Source: Flavobacteriales bacterium
GTDB lineage: Bacteria > Bacteroidota > Bacteroidia > Flavobacteriales_F > PHOS-HE28
Reading direction: 5' to 3'
DNA: 44,554 bases
Assembly (NCBI GenBank): GCA_046596155.1
Contig: JBKJNF010000297.1
Coordinates: 1-44,554, forward strand
Part shown: piece by piece, positions 9,459 through 17,112 of the stretch
Position numbering within the stretch: the stretch's first letter is position 1
Layout of the letters: every line of letters begins with the position of its first letter
Position numbers and translations under genes: made by a program
The notes under the pieces: generated by a model
What the model was told of the DNA's origin: nothing
Databases searched by the model: none
The model's input: the letters and a program-made list of their open reading frames with translations, nothing else

Positions 9459-10150
9459 GCTCCGCACTCTTCCTCAGTTGCGAGCATGGCGGCAACGACG
9501 TGCCCGAGCCCTATCGCGCGTGGATGAAGGGCGCCGAGAAAGTGCTTGCCAGCCACCGGGGATACGACATCGGGGCCATGGACCTGTTCCATCGTCTGGA
9601 GCCGCTCGCCGAAGCTGCTGTCAGCAACAAGCTCACACGTCTGCTCATCGAATTCAATCGCACCGAGGGCAGCCCGCATTGGTTCTCGGCATTCAGCCGC
9701 GAGCTGCCTCCGCACCTGAAGGAGCCGCTGATCGACGCGTACATGCACTACCGCCTGACCTTCCGCGACGAGATGCGCAAGGCACTTGATGAAAGCCGCC
9801 AGGTGCTACACCTCAGCGTGCACACCTTCACGCCTGAACTCGATGGCGAAATACGCGAGCTGGATATCGGGCTGCTGTACGACCCGAGCCGTCCGCAGGA
9901 AAAGAGCTTCTGCGAGGCTTGGCGCGATGCCATCCGGCTGCGTGCTCCAGGTTTGCGCGTGCGCATGAACCAGCCGTACAAGGGCAACAGCGATGGCTAC
10001 ACACGCGCCTTGCGCCAGCACTTCGCGCCGTCGGAATACAGCGGCATCGAACTGGAGGTGAATCAGGCCTTCGCGAAGAAGAACGTGTTGGACGCCGATG
10101 TATGCACCGTGCTGCACGCCTCATTGGAGGCCGTGTTGCGCGGGTCTTGA
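9455..10150 (+). CDS. N-formylglutamate amidohydrolase (FGase/HutG-like) family hydrolase
   Basis: ATG 9455 overlaps the GCS2 stop as ATGA. FGase-family blocks are present: LFLSCEHGGNDVP, RLLIEFNR, HLSVHTFTPELDG, VRMNQPYKG, SGIELEVNQ. The track extension 9344-9454 overlaps the upstream gene and is rejected. Confidence 0.85.
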   Translation: MSSALFLSCEHGGNDVPEPYRAWMKGAEKVLASHRGYDIGAMDLFHRLEPLAEAAVSNKLTRLLIEFNRTEGSPHWFSAFSRELPPHLKEPLIDAYMHYRLTFRDEMRKALDESRQVLHLSVHTFTPELDGEIRELDIGLLYDPSRPQEKSFCEAWRDAIRLRAPGLRVRMNQPYKGNSDGYTRALRQHFAPSEYSGIELEVNQAFAKKNVLDADVCTVLHASLEAVLRGS

Positions 10151-10261
10151 CTTTTCACAGCGATCGGCAAGGGAGTCTCGGTTCCCTGGTCAGGGGCATC
10201 CGTCGAATAGATACAACCTCTCGTGGGCCGGGGCGTATCGCAGCGCACCAACCTCCGCCCC

Positions 10262-11185
10262 ATGCGCCCATTTGCCTACGCTGCGCTGCTGCTTTCCACA
10301 GGCCTACTAGCACAGGCCATACCCTCGTTCTACTGGCCGTTGAATGAAAGCGCCGGCACCATGGCGTACGAGGTGAACGGCCTGAGCGACGGTCTGCTCA
10401 GTGGAGAATGTACGTGGTTGCCCAACGGCGGCCATCATGCCGGAGCACTGCGCTTCTATGGCAACACGGCGCGGGTGGACATGGGCCCCTGTGACGTCAC
10501 GACCGGAGCAGGCGACCAGTTGAGCGTGGCGTGCTGGTTCAAGCCGGAGATCGTCAGCGGCACAGAGCGCATTTTGGTAGCGAAGACCATCGGGCCCACG
10601 AGCGACGACTTTGTGTGGAGCTTGAGCCTGGTGAACAATACCGGTGCCCGCTTCCGCGTGCAGAGCGGCGGTGCAGTGCATACGGTGGACATTCCGCCGA
10701 GCAGCATCTTCAGTAACACATGGTACCATGTTACGGGTACTTATGACGGAACAACGATGCGCCTGTTCCTGAACGGCAGTGAGACCGCCAGCGGTGCTGC
10801 CTCCGGTGGCCTTGGCTATCATCCGCAGGCGCCGGCCACCATGGGAAACGTCACGAACAATGGCCTGCCCTATTACGGCCAGTTGGATGATGTGCGCATC
10901 TATGATCGCGGGCTCACGCAGATGGAAGTGATCGATCTGGTGGTGGGCGATGTGAGCACGACCATGGGCGAACAGGGACCGATGCTGCTACCGGACGGTT
11001 CGCTGTGGATCCCACCGGGCACATGGAAGGAACTGCAATGGATCGATGCAGGCGGACGACTGGTCGCCGCGGAACGCATCTTGATAGGTACCACCCCGGC
11101 CAACGTCCCCACGACGCCGGGACTATACCTGGTCTGCCTCCAGGGGGCCGAAGGGCACATTGCGCGCCCCGTGGTGGTACCCTGA
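10262..11185 (+). CDS. Secreted LamG/concanavalin-A-like lectin domain protein with a T9SS C-terminal sorting domain
   Basis: Signal peptide MRPFAYAALLLSTGLLAQA. Laminin_G_3-type blocks are present (GALRFYGNTARVDMG, FSNTWYHVTGTYDGTTMRLFLNG, GQLDDVRIYDRGLT). The T9SS-like tail reads LQWIDAGGRLVAAERI...PGLYLVCLQGAEGHIARPVVVP. Confidence 0.8.
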   Translation: MRPFAYAALLLSTGLLAQAIPSFYWPLNESAGTMAYEVNGLSDGLLSGECTWLPNGGHHAGALRFYGNTARVDMGPCDVTTGAGDQLSVACWFKPEIVSGTERILVAKTIGPTSDDFVWSLSLVNNTGARFRVQSGGAVHTVDIPPSSIFSNTWYHVTGTYDGTTMRLFLNGSETASGAASGGLGYHPQAPATMGNVTNNGLPYYGQLDDVRIYDRGLTQMEVIDLVVGDVSTTMGEQGPMLLPDGSLWIPPGTWKELQWIDAGGRLVAAERILIGTTPANVPTTPGLYLVCLQGAEGHIARPVVVP

Positions 11186-11243
11186 ACGCGAAGAGGCACC
11201 GCCGTGACATGCACGGACGGGGCCTCCTCGCCTCTGCGCCGGA

Positions 11244-14198
11244 TCAGCGAACCACGGAGAATCGCTGCTGCACGCTGCCTCCATCCCAACGCGCGCGCAG
11301 CACATAGCCACCTGCCATCAAACCGCGCACATCGAGCATGGAACGGATCATGCCACCGCCGTTACCGAGTGGCTGCGTGAGCACAATGCGTCCTGCGGGA
11401 TCTAGCACCTCGGCCATTACGCGTCCTTGTGCCGACACATCGAGCACGATGTTGAGCGTGGCGTCCGCGGGATCGGGGTACAATGCGTTGATGGTCGCGG
11501 TCTGCTCGTCTATACCCACCACCGTGTTATCCCACAACTGAAGATCATCCATTGCGCCTTCCACGAGGCTTCCGCCATCGAGGTTCTGCCCCAAGCGGGT
11601 GCTGTCACTGGCAATGAACCGCAACTGCACGGTGCTGTTGGGCACCACGAAGTCCTGCACCCGGAAGGCGACCCTACGCCAGGCCCTGTCATCGCTTTTG
11701 GTATTCTCTACATACACCCAATCGGTGCCGTTGTTGGTGATCTGTACCTGCCACCAATCCGCACCAGGGTTGGCCCCACCAGGAGGGCTGTTGGTGTACC
11801 AGCGATAGTAGGTAAAGGTGGGGTTGATATAGGATGTCAGATCGATGGGATCCCCGCGTAGCGTGGTGAACCCTGCATCCACATCAGCTTCTCCGGGAGT
11901 GGTCGGGTCAGTGCCATTACCTGTAAAAAAGCAGAACTCACCGCCAGGTGTATGCTGGTCACCCGTCTGGATAATGCTGTTGTCCACGGTGCTGTACGTG
12001 GGATTCGGATCGTAAAGCTCCCATGTGCCGGTCGTGTTGTTGTCACCCGCCACACCCAGGTCCCAATCGCCGAGCTCGTTGAGGTTGTCCGCGTTCTCGG
12101 TAAGCTTGAGGTCGAATCCGATCAGCATGTAGTTCGGGAGGTTCGGATCTGGATCGGCCGCGCCAGAGGGTGTAACGCCACTGATCACACTGCTCACATC
12201 GAGCAGGCCGATGTAGTAGCTGATCACAGTACCAAGGGGCTGTCCGGGGATGGTTGCCTCGTAGTTGCTGCCACCCGTGTTCGTCATCATCATCTGCTGC
12301 CATACCCCTTGGTTCACGCGGTAGCTCAGTTGCACCCCTTGCAAATAGTTCTGGAAGACACCTGTAACACTGGCATTGGCCTGAATAAGGATGTCGTCAT
12401 TCACCGGGGCTGTTTCCACAGGTGTGTGCACGACATCAAATCCGGTTAGCAGGGTGATGCCATGCAAGCGGAAGCCTTCACCGATGGCATCGCCGTGGGG
12501 TGTTCCGTTCAGCAGGTTACCGTCATCATCATCGGCTTGCAGCACATCGATGAGCACATCGCGGAAAGCCACGCCCTCGTTCCCTCCCGCAGCTTCGGCT
12601 TGAAGACCGGGATACGCGAGCGCGAAGAGGTCCGTGGTCAGTTGCATATCATTTCCAAGAAGCACATACGTATCCCACCAGGCCCCAGCAATGATCTCGC
12701 CATCAGCATGCACCTCCCCTGTGATGTCCGCAGGGTACACCTTGCGGTTCTGGTCATAGCGGCGGATGTAAGCATTGGGGTCGCTGATCGTGTAGCCTGG
12801 GGCCAGTACTGGGTTCTGCGTAAGGGAGAAGCCCCAGAAATCGGCGTAGCCTTCACCCATGGCACCGTTGATGAAGTTGCCGCCGTTGGCCTGGTAGTAG
12901 TTGTCGTTGATGCCATGCCCATATTCATGATACACTACGTCGTTCACCCGCGCGAGCGAATAGCAGTCATTGCCCTCGAGGTAAAAATTGATCGAACTGC
13001 CGTCGTAGAAGGCGTTACAATCACCAGTGGTCAGATCCACGTTCGTGAGCAGGCTGAAATCCATTCCGGAAAAGCCGGGCAGCACAGTGGTGGCATGGTC
13101 GTGGATATTGTTGACATGGTAGTATGCGCTGCGTTCTTCCAAGGACGACTCGGGGTCGAACAACACCACGTTCGCGCCTTCCTGCAAGGTCCCCGTGAGC
13201 GAAGGCGTGGTGGAACCATTCACCACGGTGCTCCAAAGACCCGAAAGCTCTGTGGAAAGTGCCACAGGTCCGGTGATTCCGCTGCTTACAAAGCCGTTCG
13301 CATCCGTCACGAAGTCCTGGTTGCCAACGGTCATATTGAGATTCCGCAGTACGCCGACAGTGGGAGCGTTAAGTGGATTCGTAAGCTGCACTGTGGCCTG
13401 CATGGTTACATCGGCACCAACGTCCTGGCCTTCGGCGAGATCGACCTCGGATAGGATGCGGTTCTGGCGATAGAGCAGTTTGCCGCTCACGGCATCCACA
13501 TAGCACATCCAACGACCAGGCATGCTCCGCGTGTTGGTGGTCACTTCCACCTCCCGAACGAGGTGATGTTCCACGCCATGTATGACCGGCACAGGAAGGA
13601 TCCGCTCAGCGCCCACAACCGTTCCGCCGGTGATGTCGGACAGGCCTGCACTGGCCGCTGAGATCATCTGCGCCTCCGTGGCGATCGGTGTTGAAAGCGT
13701 ACCGATCTCCGCGTATACGTCCAGTCCGAATGCGATCACACGACCTTGCATGTCGAGCTTCACCAGCGCCTTGCTAAAGAGCACGTCCCGGCCTTCATGG
13801 CGCTGGGTGATGTGCACGTAATGATGCTTCGCCGTGCTCGACACGTGTCGCACATCCAACTCCTGCATAGGCAGGTTGAAGGCGGCCAGGTCCTGCGTGA
13901 GGAAGTTCAAGGCTCGCTCTGATGGCGTTGTCCCGGTGGTACTGATCGGTGTTCCCAACGCACGGTGCGGCAGTCCATTCGCCTCATTGAACTCCACCCA
14001 CCAGCCCGGATGCTGGGCCACGAATTGGCGCCATACCGATCGGCCGCGCAACTCACTCTGCCAACCCTCGTCGGGCTGCACCTTGCGGTCCTTGATGAAA
14101 GTGACCGCGGCCAGGTCACCACGGCCACGTATGTCCTGGGCATAAGCACCGAGACCTGAGGCCACAAAAAGGGCAGGAAGGAGTATGGATCGACGCAT
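11244..14198 (-). CDS. Secreted M36 (fungalysin)-like zinc metalloprotease with a jelly-roll (MAM-like) domain and a T9SS C-terminal sorting domain
   Basis: Signal peptide MRRSILLPALFVASGLGAYAQ (ATG 14198; the track start is 14231). Zinc motif VVYHEYGHGINDNYY plus downstream GAMGEGYADFWG, as in the M36 HExxH...GEGWSD arrangement. The tail LYPDPADATLNIVLD...LMAGGYVLRARWDGGSVQQRFSVVR is a T9SS type-A CTD. Confidence 0.85.
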   Translation of the reverse strand: MRRSILLPALFVASGLGAYAQDIRGRGDLAAVTFIKDRKVQPDEGWQSELRGRSVWRQFVAQHPGWWVEFNEANGLPHRALGTPISTTGTTPSERALNFLTQDLAAFNLPMQELDVRHVSSTAKHHYVHITQRHEGRDVLFSKALVKLDMQGRVIAFGLDVYAEIGTLSTPIATEAQMISAASAGLSDITGGTVVGAERILPVPVIHGVEHHLVREVEVTTNTRSMPGRWMCYVDAVSGKLLYRQNRILSEVDLAEGQDVGADVTMQATVQLTNPLNAPTVGVLRNLNMTVGNQDFVTDANGFVSSGITGPVALSTELSGLWSTVVNGSTTPSLTGTLQEGANVVLFDPESSLEERSAYYHVNNIHDHATTVLPGFSGMDFSLLTNVDLTTGDCNAFYDGSSINFYLEGNDCYSLARVNDVVYHEYGHGINDNYYQANGGNFINGAMGEGYADFWGFSLTQNPVLAPGYTISDPNAYIRRYDQNRKVYPADITGEVHADGEIIAGAWWDTYVLLGNDMQLTTDLFALAYPGLQAEAAGGNEGVAFRDVLIDVLQADDDDGNLLNGTPHGDAIGEGFRLHGITLLTGFDVVHTPVETAPVNDDILIQANASVTGVFQNYLQGVQLSYRVNQGVWQQMMMTNTGGSNYEATIPGQPLGTVISYYIGLLDVSSVISGVTPSGAADPDPNLPNYMLIGFDLKLTENADNLNELGDWDLGVAGDNNTTGTWELYDPNPTYSTVDNSIIQTGDQHTPGGEFCFFTGNGTDPTTPGEADVDAGFTTLRGDPIDLTSYINPTFTYYRWYTNSPPGGANPGADWWQVQITNNGTDWVYVENTKSDDRAWRRVAFRVQDFVVPNSTVQLRFIASDSTRLGQNLDGGSLVEGAMDDLQLWDNTVVGIDEQTATINALYPDPADATLNIVLDVSAQGRVMAEVLDPAGRIVLTQPLGNGGGMIRSMLDVRGLMAGGYVLRARWDGGSVQQRFSVVR

Positions 14199-14210
14199 GA
14201 GGGTGTAAGG

Positions 14211-14234
14211 GGTGTGCCACGAAGATCGCACACC
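14211..14234 (-). other. Intergenic GC-rich hairpin between the MBL-hydrolase stop and the metalloprotease start
   Basis: GGTGTGC (14211-14217) pairs with GCACACC (14228-14234), with a 10-nt loop. No U-tract follows, so its function (terminator or 5'-UTR structure) is undetermined. Confidence 0.35.
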
Positions 14235-14271
14235 GAACGATCCGTCCCACCGCCGGTAACCAACTCAAATG

Positions 14272-15048
14272 TTAGGGACCTTGGAGCTCCACCACGAGTC
14301 CGTCATGCGCTAAGCGAACATGTGCCGGCAACGTGGGCTCCACCGCGGCATGCAGGCCCATCCAGTGGCTGATATGCGTGAAGTAGGCCTTCCGGGGCTG
14401 CAGTTCCTCCACCAATGCCAACGCCTCGGCCAAGTTCAGGTGGGAATAATGCTCCTTGATGCGCAAGGCGTTCAGCACAAGCACCTCTGTACCCTGTATT
14501 TTCTCCTTCTCCTCCGGACGGATGGACTTGGCATCGGTAATGTAGGTGAAGCCACCGATACGAAAACCGAGCACGGGCATGTGCATATGCAGCACTTCGA
14601 TGGGTTGAACATGCACCCCGGCGGCCTCGAACGGTCCCCGCGTGATCATGTGCAGATCGAACTCCGGCACACCCGGGTATTTGCGCTCTTGGAAGGCGTA
14701 GGCAAATACACGTTTCACTGCATTCAGCGTGGTGGCATCCGCGAAGATGGGTACCGGTCGCGGCGGCTCATGCTGGAAGCTGATGGACCGCAGATCGTCC
14801 ATGCCCGAGATGTGGTCCATGTGCTCGTGGGTGAGCAACACGGCATCGAGGTCGGCCACTTGGGCGCGCAACAGTTGTTGCCGCAGATCGGGGCCTGCGT
14901 CGATGAGGATCCGTTTGCCTTCCGTCTCGACGATCACCGAAACGCGCAGCCGATTGTCGCGGGCATCGGCGCTGGTGCACACGGCGCAATTGCATCCGAT
15001 GATGGGAACGCCCTGGCTGGTGCCGGTGCCGAGGAAGGTGATGCGCAT
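14272..15048 (-). CDS. MBL-fold metallo-hydrolase (PhnP-like)
   Basis: MRITFLGTGTSQGVPIIGCNCAVCTS..., HxHxDH motif LLTHEHMDHISG. Confidence 0.9.
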   Translation of the reverse strand: MRITFLGTGTSQGVPIIGCNCAVCTSADARDNRLRVSVIVETEGKRILIDAGPDLRQQLLRAQVADLDAVLLTHEHMDHISGMDDLRSISFQHEPPRPVPIFADATTLNAVKRVFAYAFQERKYPGVPEFDLHMITRGPFEAAGVHVQPIEVLHMHMPVLGFRIGGFTYITDAKSIRPEEKEKIQGTEVLVLNALRIKEHYSHLNLAEALALVEELQPRKAYFTHISHWMGLHAAVEPTLPAHVRLAHDGLVVELQGP

Positions 15049-15392
15049 GGAGGAGGAAGGACGGTACCAAAGGTGGCACAGCGGCTGGGATGGAGGGAGG
15101 ATCAGGTTGTTCTGGCAGTTTGCTCGGTGAAGAGATCACGGCTGTTCTGCTGACTTCAGCGAGGGCAGAGGTCGGGTGAGGAGCACTTTCTAATTAGGGT
15201 AAAGCGCAGCGCAGCCAGATGCCTTCGGCGCTCGGCTCGTAATTCCGCGAGCACTTGCGGGTGAGCAGTCATGAACAGAAATCGCGCGAGAAGCGATTCC
15301 GTTAAGGAAAAACTTCGAGCGAACGCCGTATCCGTTTGCCCGCCAGTTTCATCCTTCATTCGCTCAAGCTGCGTTTGGCATCCGCCTGAACG

Positions 15393-15416
15393 AAAAAGCT
15401 GCCCTGCGGGGCGGCT
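15393..15416 (-). terminator. Intrinsic terminator-like hairpin plus U-tract, 8 nt downstream of the orphan tRNA-Ser 3' fragment
   Basis: The minus strand reads AGCCGCCCC-GCA-GGGCAGCT followed by TTTTT. On the plus strand this is AAAAA at 15393-15397 and AGCTGCCCTGCGGGGCGGCT at 15397-15416, with one G.U pair in the stem. Confidence 0.55.
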
Positions 15417-15424
15417 GTTCGATC

Positions 15425-15445
15425 GGCGGAGAGGGAGGGATTCGA
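15425..15445 (-). repeat. Orphan copy of the last 21 nt of tRNA-Ser (T-loop to 3' CC); candidate distal att repeat
   Basis: Plus-strand GGCGGAGAGGGAGGGATTCGA is identical to 16900-16920. The flanks diverge immediately (TTAAA here versus ACCCC in the tRNA). Confidence 0.85.
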
Positions 15446-16899
15446 TTAAACTGGGCTACTGTGGGCTTGGATAGCGGTTCGAGATAAGTAGATCCCGGTG
15501 CTGTTCTTGGCTTGGTGGTCTCGCTTCTTTTATTCTACCACCAACCGCACATTCCCCACCTCGCCCAAATTGTTAACGATCCGCACGGAGTAAACCCCCG
15601 CTGGAAGCCCTTGGGTATCGAATCGCTGTTGATGGCGGTCGTACGACAGGCCCATGTGTATGATCGAACGCAGTGGGCGACCCGTAATGTCCATCAACGT
15701 GAGGGTCACATCACCTTGGCTCGTGAAGGTGACCGTGGAGCTTACCGTGCACGGGTTCGGGAAGGCGGACGAAGCGATGTCGGACTGGCGCTCAGTGCTC
15801 ATACCAACGCTCGCGTCATTCACCCAGCGGATGGAATTATCAGCGGTGGTGACCCCGTTCGTGGTTACCGTTCCATTGGAATGCCGGACGATGGCAAATG
15901 GAATACCCACTTTGTAGTAGTAATAGAAATCACCGGTGGCGGTGGTCATATTCGGACCGAGGGTTTCCGTGTAGGTTTCCGTTAACCTCAGCCGCAGCAC
16001 GTCCGTTACCGTTCCGAAAGGCATCTGCAGATCGCCGTAACCGTCAATCAATCCTTGAACGGTACCGGACCTGAAGCCTACGATATTCCCATTGAAAAGA
16101 TAATTGCCCGAAAATGGATCCGTCCAAGAGGTGAGGTACATGCTGGGGAAGGGCAATTCCAACCCCGGATCATCGAGCACCAAGGCCAGGCCGTCGCTAA
16201 TTCTGTAGGCTCCCAGACCGGACCCACCGCCTGAAGTAACCTCCCGTGCAAGTACGATCTGCGTGGTCTGGTTCACCAAGAGGACGGTCGCTTCCGGGAA
16301 AAGTGATTCCAGTCCCGAGCCGACAGGGTCCACATATTCCAACACGTCCGTGGAAAGCGAGTTCAACTGGGTGTAGTCCCAGACCACGTTCGCTCCGGAT
16401 GGACCGAATGGCAGAGGGTCGGCGGTTGTGAGCTGATAGGAGACACCCGTGGTGGTGCCGAAAGAGTTCTGGTCGATGACCGGTTGGGCGTTCGAGGCCG
16501 TGGCCCCAATGATCAATAGAAGTACAGTAGAGTTGCGCATGCGCGAGTGGCTTTATCCCGCCAAAGTATACCAAGTTCCGCTATCAGGGAGACCGGGTGC
16601 GCAAAGCTGAAGATCGCTCTGGCGAGCGAGCGATCATGATCCGGAATCGCAGGAAGCGCGCCTTCCCAATGGGGGTTGGCCATCAGCAGCAAGGATCAGT
16701 TACTCGGATCGGCTCGTTCTTCCGCGGTCGCTTTGGTACGGGAGCATTCCGGGATTGCGCGAGGCGCGCTTTCCCGGAAGGGGTGGCTTCAAATAGCCCG
16801 AGCCGCTTTGCGGCTCGCCTCGTTCTTTAATGATCGCTCCGGCGAGCGAGCTCCCGCGCGATCCCCGAAGAACCAGCCCCGACAAGTAGGGGGCTATTT
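15446..16899 (-). mobile_element. Candidate remnant islet (1,454 nt) inserted at the tRNA-Ser 3' end; no integrase present
   Basis: Bracketed by the 21-nt direct repeat. It contains only the T9SS cargo gene 15530..16540 and a 358-nt repeat-rich spacer. Confidence 0.35.
15530..16540 (-). CDS. Secreted protein of unknown function with a T9SS C-terminal sorting domain
   Basis: Signal peptide MRNSTVLLLIIGATASNAQ. The tail is FPNPCTVSSTVTFTSQGDVTLTLMDITGRPL...LPAGVYSVRIVNNLGEVGNVRLVVE. It is a distant paralog of 31647..32702. Confidence 0.8.
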   Translation of the reverse strand: MRNSTVLLLIIGATASNAQPVIDQNSFGTTTGVSYQLTTADPLPFGPSGANVVWDYTQLNSLSTDVLEYVDPVGSGLESLFPEATVLLVNQTTQIVLAREVTSGGGSGLGAYRISDGLALVLDDPGLELPFPSMYLTSWTDPFSGNYLFNGNIVGFRSGTVQGLIDGYGDLQMPFGTVTDVLRLRLTETYTETLGPNMTTATGDFYYYYKVGIPFAIVRHSNGTVTTNGVTTADNSIRWVNDASVGMSTERQSDIASSAFPNPCTVSSTVTFTSQGDVTLTLMDITGRPLRSIIHMGLSYDRHQQRFDTQGLPAGVYSVRIVNNLGEVGNVRLVVE

Positions 16900-16988
16900 G
16901 GCGGAGAGGGAGGGATTCGAACCCCCGTTACCCTTGCGGGTAAAGCGGTTTTCAAGACCGCCGCATTCAACCGCTCTGCCACCTCTCC
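16899..16988 (-). tRNA. tRNA-Ser (anticodon UGA) with a long variable arm and encoded CCA
   Basis: The reverse complement reads GGAGAGGTGGCAGAGCGGTTGAATGCGGCGGTCTTGAAAACCGCTTTACCCGCAAGGGTAACGGGGGTTCGAATCCCTCCCTCTCCGCCA. Acceptor GGAGAGG pairs with CCTCTCC. The anticodon stem GCGGT/ACCGC carries loop CTTGAAA. The T-loop is TTCGAAT. Confidence 0.95.
16900..16920 (-). repeat. Proximal copy of the 21-nt direct repeat (inside the tRNA-Ser 3' end)
   Basis: Exact match to 15425-15445. Confidence 0.85.
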
Positions 16989-17112
16989 TGGTGATCCATC
17001 AACGCACGTGCGGGATGATAGCGGGCGGCGAAGGTAGCCCGCGATGGACCACCGGTGCGATCCCGACCAGCACCGGGGAATGCACTGCACCACCCGGGGC
17101 TATCTTTGGGAC

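Noticed and set aside
12462-13454. 330-aa plus-strand ORF
   Set aside because: It lies entirely antisense to the metalloprotease gene, whose HEYGH/GEGYAD motifs and T9SS tail establish the real frame.
14320-15153. 277-aa plus-strand ORF
   Set aside because: It is antisense to the MBL-fold hydrolase gene (HxHxDH motif on the minus strand).
15156-15359. 67-aa minus-strand ORF in the MBL upstream region
   Set aside because: It has no motif, no signal sequence and no coding-like composition. It lies in a non-coding region downstream of the displaced tRNA terminator.
16597-16830. 77-aa plus-strand ORF (and 16676..17116) in the spacer next to the tRNA-Ser
   Set aside because: The repeated peptide pieces (DRSGERA, RRAFP.GV) occur in different frames. 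The repeats are therefore DNA-level features, and the second ORF runs straight through the tRNA gene.
15446-16899. Calling the islet an active prophage, ICE or transposon
   Set aside because: There is no integrase, excisionase, transposase, terminal inverted repeat or phage gene within it or within the window. Only the att-like duplication supports a mobile origin, so I report it as a remnant or candidate only.
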